Source: an uncultured bacterium
GTDB taxonomy: Bacteria; CSSED10-310; CAZUFC01
NCBI GenBank assembly: GCA_964619725.1
Contig: CAZUFC010000055.1
Span: forward strand, 22,061-52,018
DNA length: 29,958 nucleotides
Reading direction: 5' to 3'
The notes below the pieces were generated by a model. It was not told the DNA's origin. It saw only the letters and a list, made by a program, of their open reading frames with translations, and did no database searches. Positions 19,020-28,999 of the stretch are shown piece by piece (positions within the stretch are counted from its first letter, which is position 1; each line of letters begins with the position of its first letter). Made by a program: the position numbers and the translations under genes.

Positions 19020-19463
19020 TTAATCAACACCGCCGGGATAAACGATATCCGCATTTTTCCCCTGGCCGCGGGACAGTCCGTCGGCGCCAAGGCAGAGCAG
19101 TTTAAACTCCTGTGTGCCGTTTTCCTCAACAAGTTCATAAACGAAATCATTATTCCAGGGGTCAAGCGGATATTCCTTCAAATACCTGTTGCGCCTCCAC
19201 TGTTTCGGGAGGGGCGGCATGTCGGGTTTTTCAACAAGGGCGGCGAGTCCCTGCTCTTCTGTCGGATAAAAGCCGTTGTCGTAATGATACAGTTCCAGGG
19301 CCGAAGCTATGTGTTCCATATTTATCCGGGCTTCCTTGCGTCGTGACGAGGCAAGTCGCTTGAAAATATTCGGCCCTACGACTGCGGCCAGGAGAGCGAT
19401 CAATGTCACGACCAGCAGTATCTCGATCAATGTATAGGCTGATTTGTCTCTGATTCTGCTCAT
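19020..19463 (-). CDS. gspG: Type II secretion major pseudopilin
   Basis: AYTLIEILLV prepilin motif, ALELY..DNG.YPT..QGL.AL, DPW, GADG. Confidence 0.93.
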   Translation of the reverse strand: MSRIRDKSAYTLIEILLVVTLIALLAAVVGPNIFKRLASSRRKEARINMEHIASALELYHYDNGFYPTEEQGLAALVEKPDMPPLPKQWRRNRYLKEYPLDPWNNDFVYELVEENGTQEFKLLCLGADGLSRGQGKNADIVYPGGVD

Positions 19464-20677
19464 AAGGGAATGGAGCTCATGTTGAATATGGGCATAAGCA
19501 CGGCCAGGGCGATGAATCCGACTATGAAACTGAGGACCATTATCATGGAGGGTTCCAATACCGCAATGAAACGGGTCAATCTGTTGCGAAATTCCGTTTC
19601 CAGGTATTCAGCGGCCTTTCCGAATGTTTTTGCGAGTTCGCCGGTTTTCTCTCCTGTGCCGATGATTTGAGCAGCGACTGGAGGAAAGTGCCTGAAGTCT
19701 TCCAGGACGGAATTGATACGGCCGCCCTTTTCAATTTCTGTAATCAGTTCCTGGACGGCATTTTCCCAGGCTGAATTGCGTGACAGCCCGCGCACTATCC
19801 TTAAGGCATCCGGAAGATTTACTCCCCCTCTGAGCATCTCCGCTGTCCCTGAAATTGTTCTGGCGCCGATGGAAAAATTGTATATTGATCCGAAAACAGG
19901 CAGCTTAAGCCACAAGGAATCTATGAAGTAACGATATTTCCTCTTATTAATTAATAGGAGGTGCGTCAGGAGGAAACACAGCATCAGGCCAAGCAGCGCC
20001 GGCAGGATAAACTGCAGATTCCCGGTAACGACGAGGAGCATCCGGGTGGGAAGAGGCAGAATATTGTTCGATTCGGTGAAGATATCTTTGATGGTCGGGA
20101 CGACGTAGGTCATGAGGAAAACCAGGACGCCGGCTCCCAGGGCGAGCATGAAGACAGGATACCCTGCGGCATTCCATATTTTTTTTCGAGTTTCCAGTTT
20201 TTTTTCGTAGAACTGTCCCAATTGGGAAAAAACATGAGCGGGATTCCCCACCGCCTCACCGGTTTCCATCATTTTAACGAAGAGTTCCGAATCCGGGACA
20301 GGAATATCATGAAATGCCGAGGCAAGAGAATGACCTCCAGCAATACGTTCTTTAATTTTGTGGACGGCAAGTCGGAGTTTTTTATCGTCTTTCGCCTGCC
20401 TGGAAATGGTTTCCAGCGCCTCCATTATGGGCAATCCGGCATTGGTCAGCACGCTTAACTGATACAGAAAGGTCGCAGTATCCGACAATGAAAGCCGTCT
20501 GCGCATTCCGAAAAACTTTCCGGTTCCTTTTGCATCGGATTGCATCTCCGATAATTTCGTCGGATAAATATCCTTTTCTTCCAATTGCCGCTCGGCCGCA
20601 GAAATGGAATCCGAATCAATGAATCCTTCACGATTTTTTCCTTTTTTATCTACGCCCTTGTAATGAAAAACTGCCAT
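19460..20677 (-). CDS. gspF: Type II secretion inner membrane platform protein
   Basis: MAVFHYKG start, two GspF domains (GEAVG, GEKTGEL), YP and LEP motifs; 405 aa. Confidence 0.9.
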   Translation of the reverse strand: MAVFHYKGVDKKGKNREGFIDSDSISAAERQLEEKDIYPTKLSEMQSDAKGTGKFFGMRRRLSLSDTATFLYQLSVLTNAGLPIMEALETISRQAKDDKKLRLAVHKIKERIAGGHSLASAFHDIPVPDSELFVKMMETGEAVGNPAHVFSQLGQFYEKKLETRKKIWNAAGYPVFMLALGAGVLVFLMTYVVPTIKDIFTESNNILPLPTRMLLVVTGNLQFILPALLGLMLCFLLTHLLLINKRKYRYFIDSLWLKLPVFGSIYNFSIGARTISGTAEMLRGGVNLPDALRIVRGLSRNSAWENAVQELITEIEKGGRINSVLEDFRHFPPVAAQIIGTGEKTGELAKTFGKAAEYLETEFRNRLTRFIAVLEPSMIMVLSFIVGFIALAVLMPIFNMSSIPL

Positions 20678-20882
20678 GTATTTTCACCCTGGTTTTAAAA
20701 CCGACCAGGCAAATTCAAATTCATTCACGGCCGGCATTAAATCAGCTAACGCTATTCCGTCGACTCGCCGAGACGATCAAAAAAATATTAACTCCTGTTT
20801 GAATTAATGTAAATATTTCAATGCCGAAGAGTTGAGGTTATCCCGATTAATGACGTCATTTGAATCTTCAACGTTTTCTGAA

Positions 20883-20918
20883 GCGGATGCGGCTGACGTT
20901 GCGGACGCGGCGGACGTT
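20883..20918. repeat. Short degenerate 9-bp tandem repeat (4 units)
   Basis: GCGGATGCG GCTGACGTT GCGGACGCG GCGGACGTT. Confidence 0.65.
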
Positions 20919-21058
20919 AACCGTTCATACTTTAGGCATCAAGGACGCTGTAACATTTTTTCCGTTCATCTGCGTGGATTCAGCGCTCGTTTTATCCTTT
21001 GTATTTAGCGCCTGAAGGCATCAGAATTTGAATCGAGATTCGAGTTTATGGACAGACA

Positions 21059-21961
21059 CTATTTAACGAAAGTCCCCTTTTTATATTCATCAAAAGCGAT
21101 TTTCAGTTCTTCTTCGGTATTCATGACGACGGGTCCGTACCAGGCTATCGGTTCATTGAGCGGTTTTCCAGAAACCAGCAAAAACCTTACGGGTCGATCT
21201 TCAGTAAAAGCCATTATCTCATCGCCCTCTTCAAACAGAACCAGGCTTCCTTTTTCCACGAAGGGCTCCCTTTGAATATCGAAATAATTCCTGCCTTGTA
21301 TTTCGTATGTAAACGGGTCTTTTTCCCTGCAGAAATATCCGCGTCCGTCTATTACATAAACGAACGCAGTATGGTCCGGCGAAACGGGATGCCTGAATTC
21401 TGCATTGACTGGCATGGAGACGTCCAGGTATTCAGGATCGATCACTATATCCCTTACCGGGCCCTCAACTTCTCCAACACTGCCGGCGATAATCCTGACG
21501 CTCGCGCCGCCGTCGAGCTTCACTTCCGGTATCTGGTCGCCGGTAACCTCCCTGTAACGGGGATTCATCATCTTTTGCGCCGCCGGAAGATTGGCCCAAA
21601 GTTGAAAACCGGCCATTCGACCGTTTTCATCGCCCTTCGGCATCTCCTGATGAATGATTCCACTGCCGGCCGTCATCCATTGAACATCCCCCGAACATAT
21701 CGTTCCCTTGTTTCCCAGGCTGTCGCCGTGCTCGACGTCGCCCGTCAGAACATAAGTGATCGTTTCTATCCCCCGGTGAGGATGCCAGGGGAAACCCTTG
21801 ATGAATTTGTCCGGGATGTCTGAGCTGAAATCATCAAACAGCAGAAAAGGATCGAACATCGGTTTTTCGCTGAATCCGAAAATTCTCCTCAAATGCACAC
21901 CGGCTCCCTCAACAGTCGGCCTGCCCTTGAAAACCTTTTTAATTTTACGGGTCTCTGCCAT
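21059..21961 (-). CDS. Pirin family protein
   Basis: DPFLLFD, GFPWHPHRGIETITY, QWMTAGSGIIHQE, GPVVMN. Confidence 0.95.
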   Translation of the reverse strand: MAETRKIKKVFKGRPTVEGAGVHLRRIFGFSEKPMFDPFLLFDDFSSDIPDKFIKGFPWHPHRGIETITYVLTGDVEHGDSLGNKGTICSGDVQWMTAGSGIIHQEMPKGDENGRMAGFQLWANLPAAQKMMNPRYREVTGDQIPEVKLDGGASVRIIAGSVGEVEGPVRDIVIDPEYLDVSMPVNAEFRHPVSPDHTAFVYVIDGRGYFCREKDPFTYEIQGRNYFDIQREPFVEKGSLVLFEEGDEIMAFTEDRPVRFLLVSGKPLNEPIAWYGPVVMNTEEELKIAFDEYKKGTFVK

Positions 21962-22027
21962 TGGTTTGTCCCTCCCTGGTTGAATCTTATGAAAAATATA
22001 TCCCCTTCCCTTCGTTCTCCGAATTTC

Positions 22028-22885
22028 TCACTCCAGAAACTCAAAATCGGCATCGATTATTTTTCCCCTCCAGAACAACCGCCGACCTTCAGGAAGATGC
22101 CAACCCACCTCAGCTTCGGTCGGTATTCTTATGCCTTCAAAATCCCTGTAATTGCTGAAATGCCCTTCCCAGGGATACTGAACATATTGATCGCCGAATT
22201 TGCCGTAACGGTTTTCCGTGTATATTCCGGCAATTTCTGCCCGTTCATTGAACCTGAATTCCAGCGAAACCGAAATGCCGGAATGCGCCAAAGTCGCCTC
22301 GGCCCTCCTTTCATCAATTTTTTTCCAGGTTACACCTGATTGCTGCAGCAAAGCGGCCGGATACCACGCGGCCTCAGCCAGGTAACGATAGAGCGCGCCG
22401 GAGTTCAATTCGGGACGATCTTCTTCCTGTCCTATCGTAAAAGCTGATAAAAAGGAAACATGTCCTGCTCCCACTCCGTTTATCAGAGAATCCCTGACTC
22501 TCACGTGCAAGAAGGGGGCGATGCGTATCTTTGCATCCCAAACAAAAGCCGGTTCATTTACAGATACGATATGTTCCGCCTCGAAGCGCGACCATCGGTC
22601 AGATTCCAAATTAACCTTTAATTCGCCTTCCTGCCTGAACCGCGCTATTGTTAATGATTTTTTATTCTCGCTCATTACATGCCTGAAATATTCTGCAACA
22701 ACCGCCGGCACATCGTCTGTCGAATTAAAATCCACTGCCGGCATTTCCACTTTCTCCGCGTTACGGATCAACATTTCTCTCATCGTTTCTGTTTCTCTTT
22801 TTCTGCGCATTAAACCCCTCATCCAAATTGCAACGAGAACGGCAACGATTATAATTGCGGCAATAACAACATAATTTACCCACAT
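22028..22885 (-). CDS. Membrane-anchored conserved protein (DUF6544/DUF6920-like)
   Basis: N-terminal TM helix; PAFVW.A, RYLAE..WYPAALL and PWEG motifs. Family recognised from memory. Confidence 0.65.
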   Translation of the reverse strand: MWVNYVVIAAIIIVAVLVAIWMRGLMRRKRETETMREMLIRNAEKVEMPAVDFNSTDDVPAVVAEYFRHVMSENKKSLTIARFRQEGELKVNLESDRWSRFEAEHIVSVNEPAFVWDAKIRIAPFLHVRVRDSLINGVGAGHVSFLSAFTIGQEEDRPELNSGALYRYLAEAAWYPAALLQQSGVTWKKIDERRAEATLAHSGISVSLEFRFNERAEIAGIYTENRYGKFGDQYVQYPWEGHFSNYRDFEGIRIPTEAEVGWHLPEGRRLFWRGKIIDADFEFLE

Positions 22886-22931
22886 TTTTCCAACCTTATT
22901 TATTTTCAGCAGTATACCTGATATGAGAGCA

Positions 22932-24620
22932 TTAAATACCGGCGACCCTTTTACATTCTTGCCAGGAAGTTATTCCCCCGGCAGTTTTGATGATTGCGTC
23001 ATCGGCCAGGAACTTAATGTTTTCGGATTCAGCGTATTTTTTGATAGCCCGGTGACCGGCTTTTTTCCTGATAAGCGTCTGAAGCCGATCATCGACCAGC
23101 AGTATTTCAAACAAGCCGGTACGGCCTTTATATCCTGTTCCGCGGCATTCTGGACATCCGCGAGGCTGCCTGAATTTTTGTTCTTCGAGTTCGAGTTTTT
23201 TCAATTCTTCGGGCGGGGGAGCAGGTTGCGAGCAGTGAGGACAAAGGGTACGAACGAGTCTTTGAGCGATGACGGCCCTGAGGGTTTCCGAGCAGCGTTC
23301 GGCATCGGAGTGGAGGTCCAGGAGTCGAAACAGGGCTCCTATGGAATCGTTCGTATGCATTGTGCTGAAAACCAGGTGCCCTGTTGCGGAGGCCTGGACG
23401 GCAATTTTGGCGGTTTCGGGGTCTCTTATTTCGCCGACCATCAGCACATCAGGGTCCTGGCGCAGCACGGACCTCAAGCCTTCGGCAAAACCGAAACCCA
23501 GCTCAGGATTGACCTGCATCTGGCTTATGCCTTCCAGTTTATACTCGATAGGGTCCTCAATGGTAATGATATTTTTTTCCGCGGTATTAATTCTGTTCAA
23601 CACGGCGTAAAGGGTGGTCGTTTTGCCGCTGCCGGTCGGCCCTGTCACCAGAATGATACCGTTGGTTTTATGAATAATTCCTTCAACCCTGGCCAGATCA
23701 TGCGGCGCCAATCCCAATTTTTCCATCGGCAGGACCGCAGCGGCCCGGTCAAGAATCCTCAATACCGCTCTTCCGCCTTCCGACGACGGTATAACGGAAA
23801 CCCTGACGTCAACTTCCCCGCTGCTCAACCGTAATTTTATCCTGCCTTCCTGCGGTCTTCGTCTTTCAGCGACATTCAATCCCGCCATCACTTTCAAGCG
23901 CGACAGCACAGGAGAGAGCAGCGACTTCGGCGGCGAGTAAATATCCTGTAAAAGTCCGTCGATCCTGAACCTTATACGGAATAATGATTCGAAAGATTCG
24001 ATATGTATATCGCTGGCCCTTTCCGATACAGCCCTTAAAAACAGATGATTGACGAAACGTATGACCGGCGGCTGCCTGGAATTCGACGTCAACAATTCCT
24101 CCAGGTTTTCGTTGACTTCCAGCTCCTCCAGATCGTCGGTGATCTCCCACATTTCCGCGGCTTCATACGCTCCCTCGCTCGCAGAACCGGCCGCATAACC
24201 CTTCAATATCACATCTTCCTTCGCCAGATACATCTTAAGAGGAGAGTTCAACCTGTTGGCCAGTTCGTCAAGCACATAAAACTCATAAGGATTGTTCAAG
24301 GCGACATGCAATCCTTCGTCAGTCTTCTTGAAAGGCAGTATCCGTCTTTCCTTCAATATTTCCAGGATATTTTCCGGAAGGGAATCCAGCGCCGGCGCTT
24401 CCTCTATGACTTCCGACAGAACAGGAATACTCAGCGCTTCATGCAGACAGAAAATAAGATTCTCCTCCTCAATGATCTCCTTCTTCAACAAGAATGGATA
24501 AAAAAACTCTCCCTCCGCAGCCGCCTGATGCTTGTAAGAAGACAACCGGGAAGGATCGATCAGTCCCCTTTCGATCAAAAGAACTTCGAATTTTTCATCC
24601 GGCGTTACGTTTTTTATCAT
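22932..24620 (-). CDS. gspE: Type II secretion ATPase
   Basis: ASDIHIE, GPTGSGKT, TIEDPIE, LRQDPD, TGHLVFSTMH, zinc motif CPHC...CPEC. Confidence 0.93.
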   Translation of the reverse strand: MIKNVTPDEKFEVLLIERGLIDPSRLSSYKHQAAAEGEFFYPFLLKKEIIEEENLIFCLHEALSIPVLSEVIEEAPALDSLPENILEILKERRILPFKKTDEGLHVALNNPYEFYVLDELANRLNSPLKMYLAKEDVILKGYAAGSASEGAYEAAEMWEITDDLEELEVNENLEELLTSNSRQPPVIRFVNHLFLRAVSERASDIHIESFESLFRIRFRIDGLLQDIYSPPKSLLSPVLSRLKVMAGLNVAERRRPQEGRIKLRLSSGEVDVRVSVIPSSEGGRAVLRILDRAAAVLPMEKLGLAPHDLARVEGIIHKTNGIILVTGPTGSGKTTTLYAVLNRINTAEKNIITIEDPIEYKLEGISQMQVNPELGFGFAEGLRSVLRQDPDVLMVGEIRDPETAKIAVQASATGHLVFSTMHTNDSIGALFRLLDLHSDAERCSETLRAVIAQRLVRTLCPHCSQPAPPPEELKKLELEEQKFRQPRGCPECRGTGYKGRTGLFEILLVDDRLQTLIRKKAGHRAIKKYAESENIKFLADDAIIKTAGGITSWQECKRVAGI

Positions 24621-24667
24621 TTACACTCGTCTCACGAACGCAGGTAAAAGCATAATGAACGAGCAAC

Positions 24668-26578
24668 TCATTCCTGGTTCTGTCCGTCATCCGTATCCGA
24701 TGGTTCTCCGTCAGACCGGTCATTAAAATCCGAGCTGCTTTTTTCCTTGAATTCCATTTTTTTCTCGCCGCTTATTTCTCCCAATTCGCGGGAAGTCCGC
24801 AGAATATGCGGTGTAATGAAGATCAGAAGATTAGTTTTTTTCCTGTCGTTCTGAAAAGCCTGAAAGAGGCGTCCCAGCAGCGGTATGGCTCCCAGGCAGG
24901 GGACCTGGGAGCGTATATTCTTAACGTCGTCTTTGATCAGGCCTCCGATAACGACGGTTTCTCCGTCGCCGACCACTACCGTGGTTTTCGCCTGTCTTTT
25001 GGTCGATGTAACCGCGCCGACGTCGGTTTCCCTGACGAAATCCTTGATCTCCTGGAACAATTGCAGTCTGACGAAACGTCCCTGGCTGACGTGAGGAGTC
25101 AACCGCAGCGTTATGCCGATGTCCTTGAATTCATAAGTTTTAATAGTCGAACCTATGTCGGTCGTTTGCGTGGACTTCAGGAAGGGCCGTTCTTCGCCGA
25201 CTATTATCTCCGCTTCTTCATGGTCCAGGGTCAGCAGATGGGGAGTGGACAGGATATTGACTTCCGAATCGTTCTGCAGCGCCTGCACCAGCGCGCCGAT
25301 GTTCAGAAACTCCTGGCCGCCGAAAGTTATGGTTCCTTTCAAGGCTCCTACGACGAGTCCGGCGGGACCGCTGAAGGGGTCGGAAGCATAGGTATTGATT
25401 ATTCCGTCGCCGGAACCCAATGGAAAATTGGTGCCGCCGGTCGGCCTTATCGAATCCTCAACAGGCTTGTCCACAGCGCGCCATTCAACGCCGATCTGCC
25501 TCATCCTCTCCATGGTTATTTCCATTATGGCGCTTTCGACATATATCTGCGGCCTTACAATATCGAGTTTGTCGATTATTTCACGGACTGCACGGGAATT
25601 CTCGGGAGGCGTAGTTACAATCAAGGCGTTTGTTGACGGGTCGGCAGTTATTTTCATACCTCCGGTCATCGATTTCGTTTGCTCACCGGCAGAAAGTTGC
25701 CCTCGCAATATTTCAGCGGTCTTGGAAGCATCGGCGTGGTCCAGATAGTAAACCTGCGTCGTCCGCACGTCTTCGGGCACCGGTACGTCCATTTCCTTCA
25801 CTATTTTTTCGATCAGTTCCAGTTTTTCTTCATTACCCAGGATCAGCAGGGAATTGATGCGGTTCTGAACCAGGAATCGGGGCGACCTGGCCGAAGAAAC
25901 GCCGGCTTGTTGATTTTCCTGGAAAATACTCTCCAATTTTGATGCGACGGCCGCCGCATCGGCATACGTGAGATGCACGGATCGAAACGACGGCTCAGGT
26001 TCAGGCTGATCCAGATAATGTATCAGCTTCAATAAACGCACTATATTGGACGTATTGTCCGTGATGATCAGTATGTTGCTTTCAGTATGATAATTGATAT
26101 GACCGTATTTCGATACCATGGAAAAAAGCAGTCCCTTTATCTCATCCACCGGCATGTGCGAAACTCTTACGACCTGAGTGATCATCCTGTCGGCAGCCTT
26201 TGCATCAGGAACAGAACGTCCGATCTGCAACTCTATCCCCTCATGTTTCGCCTCTGCCAGCGGAATCACTTTTAAAACATCCCCGCTGGGAACAGCCGCT
26301 AAATTGTGCAGTTGCAACACGGACTCGAATACGCTGTAAGCAGCCTCCACTGAAATTTTGACCGGCGATACCACCGAAACCTCACCCTTTATCTTAGGAT
26401 CAAAAATGATGTTTTTTCCGGTTATTCGGCTGACCGCCTCTATGAACGCTTTAAGCTCCACATTGTCGAAATCGAACGTGATCAAAGCGGATTCCTGATC
26501 GCCGGCAGCATTTGAATACCCGGCGCCGCCGCACACTAAAACAACGGCTAAAAACAATATGCTCAGCGCTCTTTTCAT
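24668..26578 (-). CDS. gspD: Type II secretion secretin
   Basis: Signal peptide, N0-N3 domains, NILSTP, VIGGLI, VPCLGAIPLLGRLF, LLIFITPHI. Confidence 0.93.
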   Translation of the reverse strand: MKRALSILFLAVVLVCGGAGYSNAAGDQESALITFDFDNVELKAFIEAVSRITGKNIIFDPKIKGEVSVVSPVKISVEAAYSVFESVLQLHNLAAVPSGDVLKVIPLAEAKHEGIELQIGRSVPDAKAADRMITQVVRVSHMPVDEIKGLLFSMVSKYGHINYHTESNILIITDNTSNIVRLLKLIHYLDQPEPEPSFRSVHLTYADAAAVASKLESIFQENQQAGVSSARSPRFLVQNRINSLLILGNEEKLELIEKIVKEMDVPVPEDVRTTQVYYLDHADASKTAEILRGQLSAGEQTKSMTGGMKITADPSTNALIVTTPPENSRAVREIIDKLDIVRPQIYVESAIMEITMERMRQIGVEWRAVDKPVEDSIRPTGGTNFPLGSGDGIINTYASDPFSGPAGLVVGALKGTITFGGQEFLNIGALVQALQNDSEVNILSTPHLLTLDHEEAEIIVGEERPFLKSTQTTDIGSTIKTYEFKDIGITLRLTPHVSQGRFVRLQLFQEIKDFVRETDVGAVTSTKRQAKTTVVVGDGETVVIGGLIKDDVKNIRSQVPCLGAIPLLGRLFQAFQNDRKKTNLLIFITPHILRTSRELGEISGEKKMEFKEKSSSDFNDRSDGEPSDTDDGQNQE

Positions 26579-26588
26579 CTCACTTCCC

Positions 26589-27437
26589 TTATTGAATCTC
26601 AAAAATATAGGTCTGATCCGTTCCCTTCCTCGTGAATCCTATTTCCAATTTCGACGCATCTCCGATACTCCGCTGCAGCTCGTAAAGTTCCTCTATCCCT
26701 CTCAACGGCCGACCGTTAACAGATATTATAACGTCGTCCTCATGGAAACCGAGTCCCGCAATCAAACCCTCCGGCTTCATTTTCGTTATTTTGAATCCGA
26801 TAAGTCGGTTGCCTTTATACTGAGGTACCACGGCCACGTCTCTCATTAATGTATCCGATCTCGCCAGGATGCTCAAGACATCCGAACGGCTGATTATCCA
26901 CCGGTTCGATTCGATTGACCGTTTTTTCAGCGACAGGGCGCTCAAAGCAGCTATCCGCTTCCGGTAAGCCTCACGGGTCAACAATTGAAGCGCTTCTCCC
27001 TCCCGAGACTCCAACAAAAGCCGCTCGCTTTCAATAGCGGTCACTTCTCCCAACCCCGGAAGAACGTCGCCTGTCTTCACAACCTTCTGAACGCCGTCAG
27101 CGATGCTCTCCAATACCGCTACCGCATGACGCTCATCCCCCGATGCCGCGCCCACCAGTATGTATTCATAATCACGAACCGTCCTGACGTTCCCGGCTTC
27201 TCCGCTTTCTCCTTCTGCAGACGGCGAATCCCCCGCATGCATGTTAAAAAGTTCTGACTCCTCCAGTTGTCCTATACCGTCAGTAAATCCCTCTTCCGTC
27301 TCTTCGGCAATCCGGCGCGCCGTCGCTTCTTTTTCCGAAACTGAGGTCATTATGATGAAATAGATGCCGTCGAAAAGTATAAACACTGCCGCAGTCAAAA
27401 CAAACAACCTTAAACCGTATATCCACTTAGATTTCAT
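26589..27437 (-). CDS. gspC: Type II secretion protein C (TM, HR and PDZ domains)
   Basis: N-terminal TM helix, HR-like region, C-terminal PDZ (GFHEDDVIISVNG); directly upstream of gspD. Confidence 0.8.
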   Translation of the reverse strand: MKSKWIYGLRLFVLTAAVFILFDGIYFIIMTSVSEKEATARRIAEETEEGFTDGIGQLEESELFNMHAGDSPSAEGESGEAGNVRTVRDYEYILVGAASGDERHAVAVLESIADGVQKVVKTGDVLPGLGEVTAIESERLLLESREGEALQLLTREAYRKRIAALSALSLKKRSIESNRWIISRSDVLSILARSDTLMRDVAVVPQYKGNRLIGFKITKMKPEGLIAGLGFHEDDVIISVNGRPLRGIEELYELQRSIGDASKLEIGFTRKGTDQTYIFEIQ

Positions 27438-27529
27438 AAGCCTTCTTGATGTTCCACTCTAAGTCCGCGGTCCCCGTTTTCGCCTCTGATGCTGATCCAA
27501 GCGTCCAATCTTCCGCCTTTCCGCTCTTC

Positions 27530-28729
27530 TTACTTCTTCTTAAGGGTTTCGCCGAATTTTCGACCCCATTCTTCTCCTTTTTTCAATTCATCGCTGTCCG
27601 AGCCGCCTCTGAATTCCAGAAAGTCAGCGATTTCCCATTTCAGGCCTTCAGCGATTTTGGTGAATTCCCGTTTGGCTCCTCCGCTCCAGGCGTAACTGCC
27701 GAAATAGGCGGTTTTTCTGTTCCAGATGTGTTTTCGTGAGGCTATGTCGAGGGTATGAGCCATGGGGGGAAAGAGTCCGCCTTCATAAGTGGGAGCGCCG
27801 ACGATGACGCCTCTGTTGACCCATAGGGATGGGAGGATGTAGCTGACGTGCGTGCGTGCGACGTCAAAAACTTCTATGGGGAGACCTGTTTTCGATATAC
27901 CCTGGCAGACCGCGTTCATCATTTTTTCCGTATTGCCGTACATAGAACCGTAGAGCATAGTAATGCCGGGGTCTGCATCATCGATGGCGTAATTCGACCA
28001 TTTGCTGTAAAGTTCAATGATCCGTTCCGGTCTGGCTCTCCATATCAGTCCGTGAGAAGGCGCTATTATCTTGACCGGGATATTCTGCAGTTTTTCAATC
28101 GCCTTTATCACGGGACGGCTGAAAACTGCTACGATGTTGACGAAATAACGCAGCGCCTCTTTTTCATAAAAATCAGGATCGGAATATTCGTCGTCGAATA
28201 TAGCTCCCCGCAACGCTCCGTAACCTCCGAAACCGTCGCATGAAAACAGAATATGCTCGGTCGTCTCATACGTCATCATTGTTTCGGGCCAGTGAACGAA
28301 CGGCGTCATGAAAAACTGCAGGGTCATGCGTCCCAGGGACAGCTTCTCCCCGTCCTTCACTACCCGAACGTTTTCCGTCACATTGAAAAATGCTTTCAGC
28401 ATTTCCTGCGCCTTCTCCGTCAAGAGTATCGTCGCACGAGGAGCGATACGCCGCAGCATATCTATAATGCCCGTATGGTCAGGCTCCATATGATTGAGCA
28501 CAATATAATCCAGCTCCGACGGGTCCATAACCTCCTCTATCTGGTGAAAAAATTCATCCGTCTTGAACGCTTTCGCCAGATCGATCAATACCTTCTTCTC
28601 ATCATTGATCAAATAGGAATTATAAGAAATTCCCTCCTGCGTTATCGGCCATATCCCCTCAAACAAATCCGTCGTGCGATCATTGACGCCGATCCACCAG
28701 ACGTCAGGTCTTATTTGTACAACAGACAT
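27530..28729 (-). CDS. fprA: FprA-family flavodiiron protein (O2/NO reductase)
   Basis: YNSYLI, NHMEPDH, HWPE, SCDGFG, PSHG, flavodoxin YGSMYGNT. Confidence 0.93.
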   Translation of the reverse strand: MSVVQIRPDVWWIGVNDRTTDLFEGIWPITQEGISYNSYLINDEKKVLIDLAKAFKTDEFFHQIEEVMDPSELDYIVLNHMEPDHTGIIDMLRRIAPRATILLTEKAQEMLKAFFNVTENVRVVKDGEKLSLGRMTLQFFMTPFVHWPETMMTYETTEHILFSCDGFGGYGALRGAIFDDEYSDPDFYEKEALRYFVNIVAVFSRPVIKAIEKLQNIPVKIIAPSHGLIWRARPERIIELYSKWSNYAIDDADPGITMLYGSMYGNTEKMMNAVCQGISKTGLPIEVFDVARTHVSYILPSLWVNRGVIVGAPTYEGGLFPPMAHTLDIASRKHIWNRKTAYFGSYAWSGGAKREFTKIAEGLKWEIADFLEFRGGSDSDELKKGEEWGRKFGETLKKK

Positions 28730-28838
28730 GCTCTTCGCTCCTTTCTCACTTTCCTTTATTCAGGTTAAAACCTCATCCGTTTATTCTCCCGTTCTCGACA
28801 TCATCCCCGTAAAAACACAAAGATGACGGACTTCCCCT

Positions 28839-28867
28839 ATGCTAATCATCCCGTCCCGGAAAGTCAA
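28839..28867 (-). promoter_or_regulatory. Putative sigma70 promoter for fprA
   Basis: Minus strand TTGACT-N17-TAGCAT. Confidence 0.5.
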
Positions 28868-28883
28868 AACCGGCAAATCACAT

Positions 28884-28912
28884 TTGAAAAACCGACCCAG
28901 GCAGTGTATGCT
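28884..28912 (+). promoter_or_regulatory. Putative sigma70 promoter for the nuclease-like gene
   Basis: TTGAAA-N17-TATGCT. Confidence 0.45.
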
Positions 28913-28999
28913 TCACTGAAGCGACAAGTTTTGTAGCATCCTGATCGCTCTATGGTTTTCCAGGAATCCTGTCACGTTCAATCGACGGAAGATGAAAAA

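Noticed and set aside
22923-25636. Long + strand ORFs (303, 200 and 276 aa) opposite gspE and gspD, and similar ones opposite lnt, bamA and fprA
   Set aside because: Antisense shadows of well-supported genes, with no recognisable motifs.
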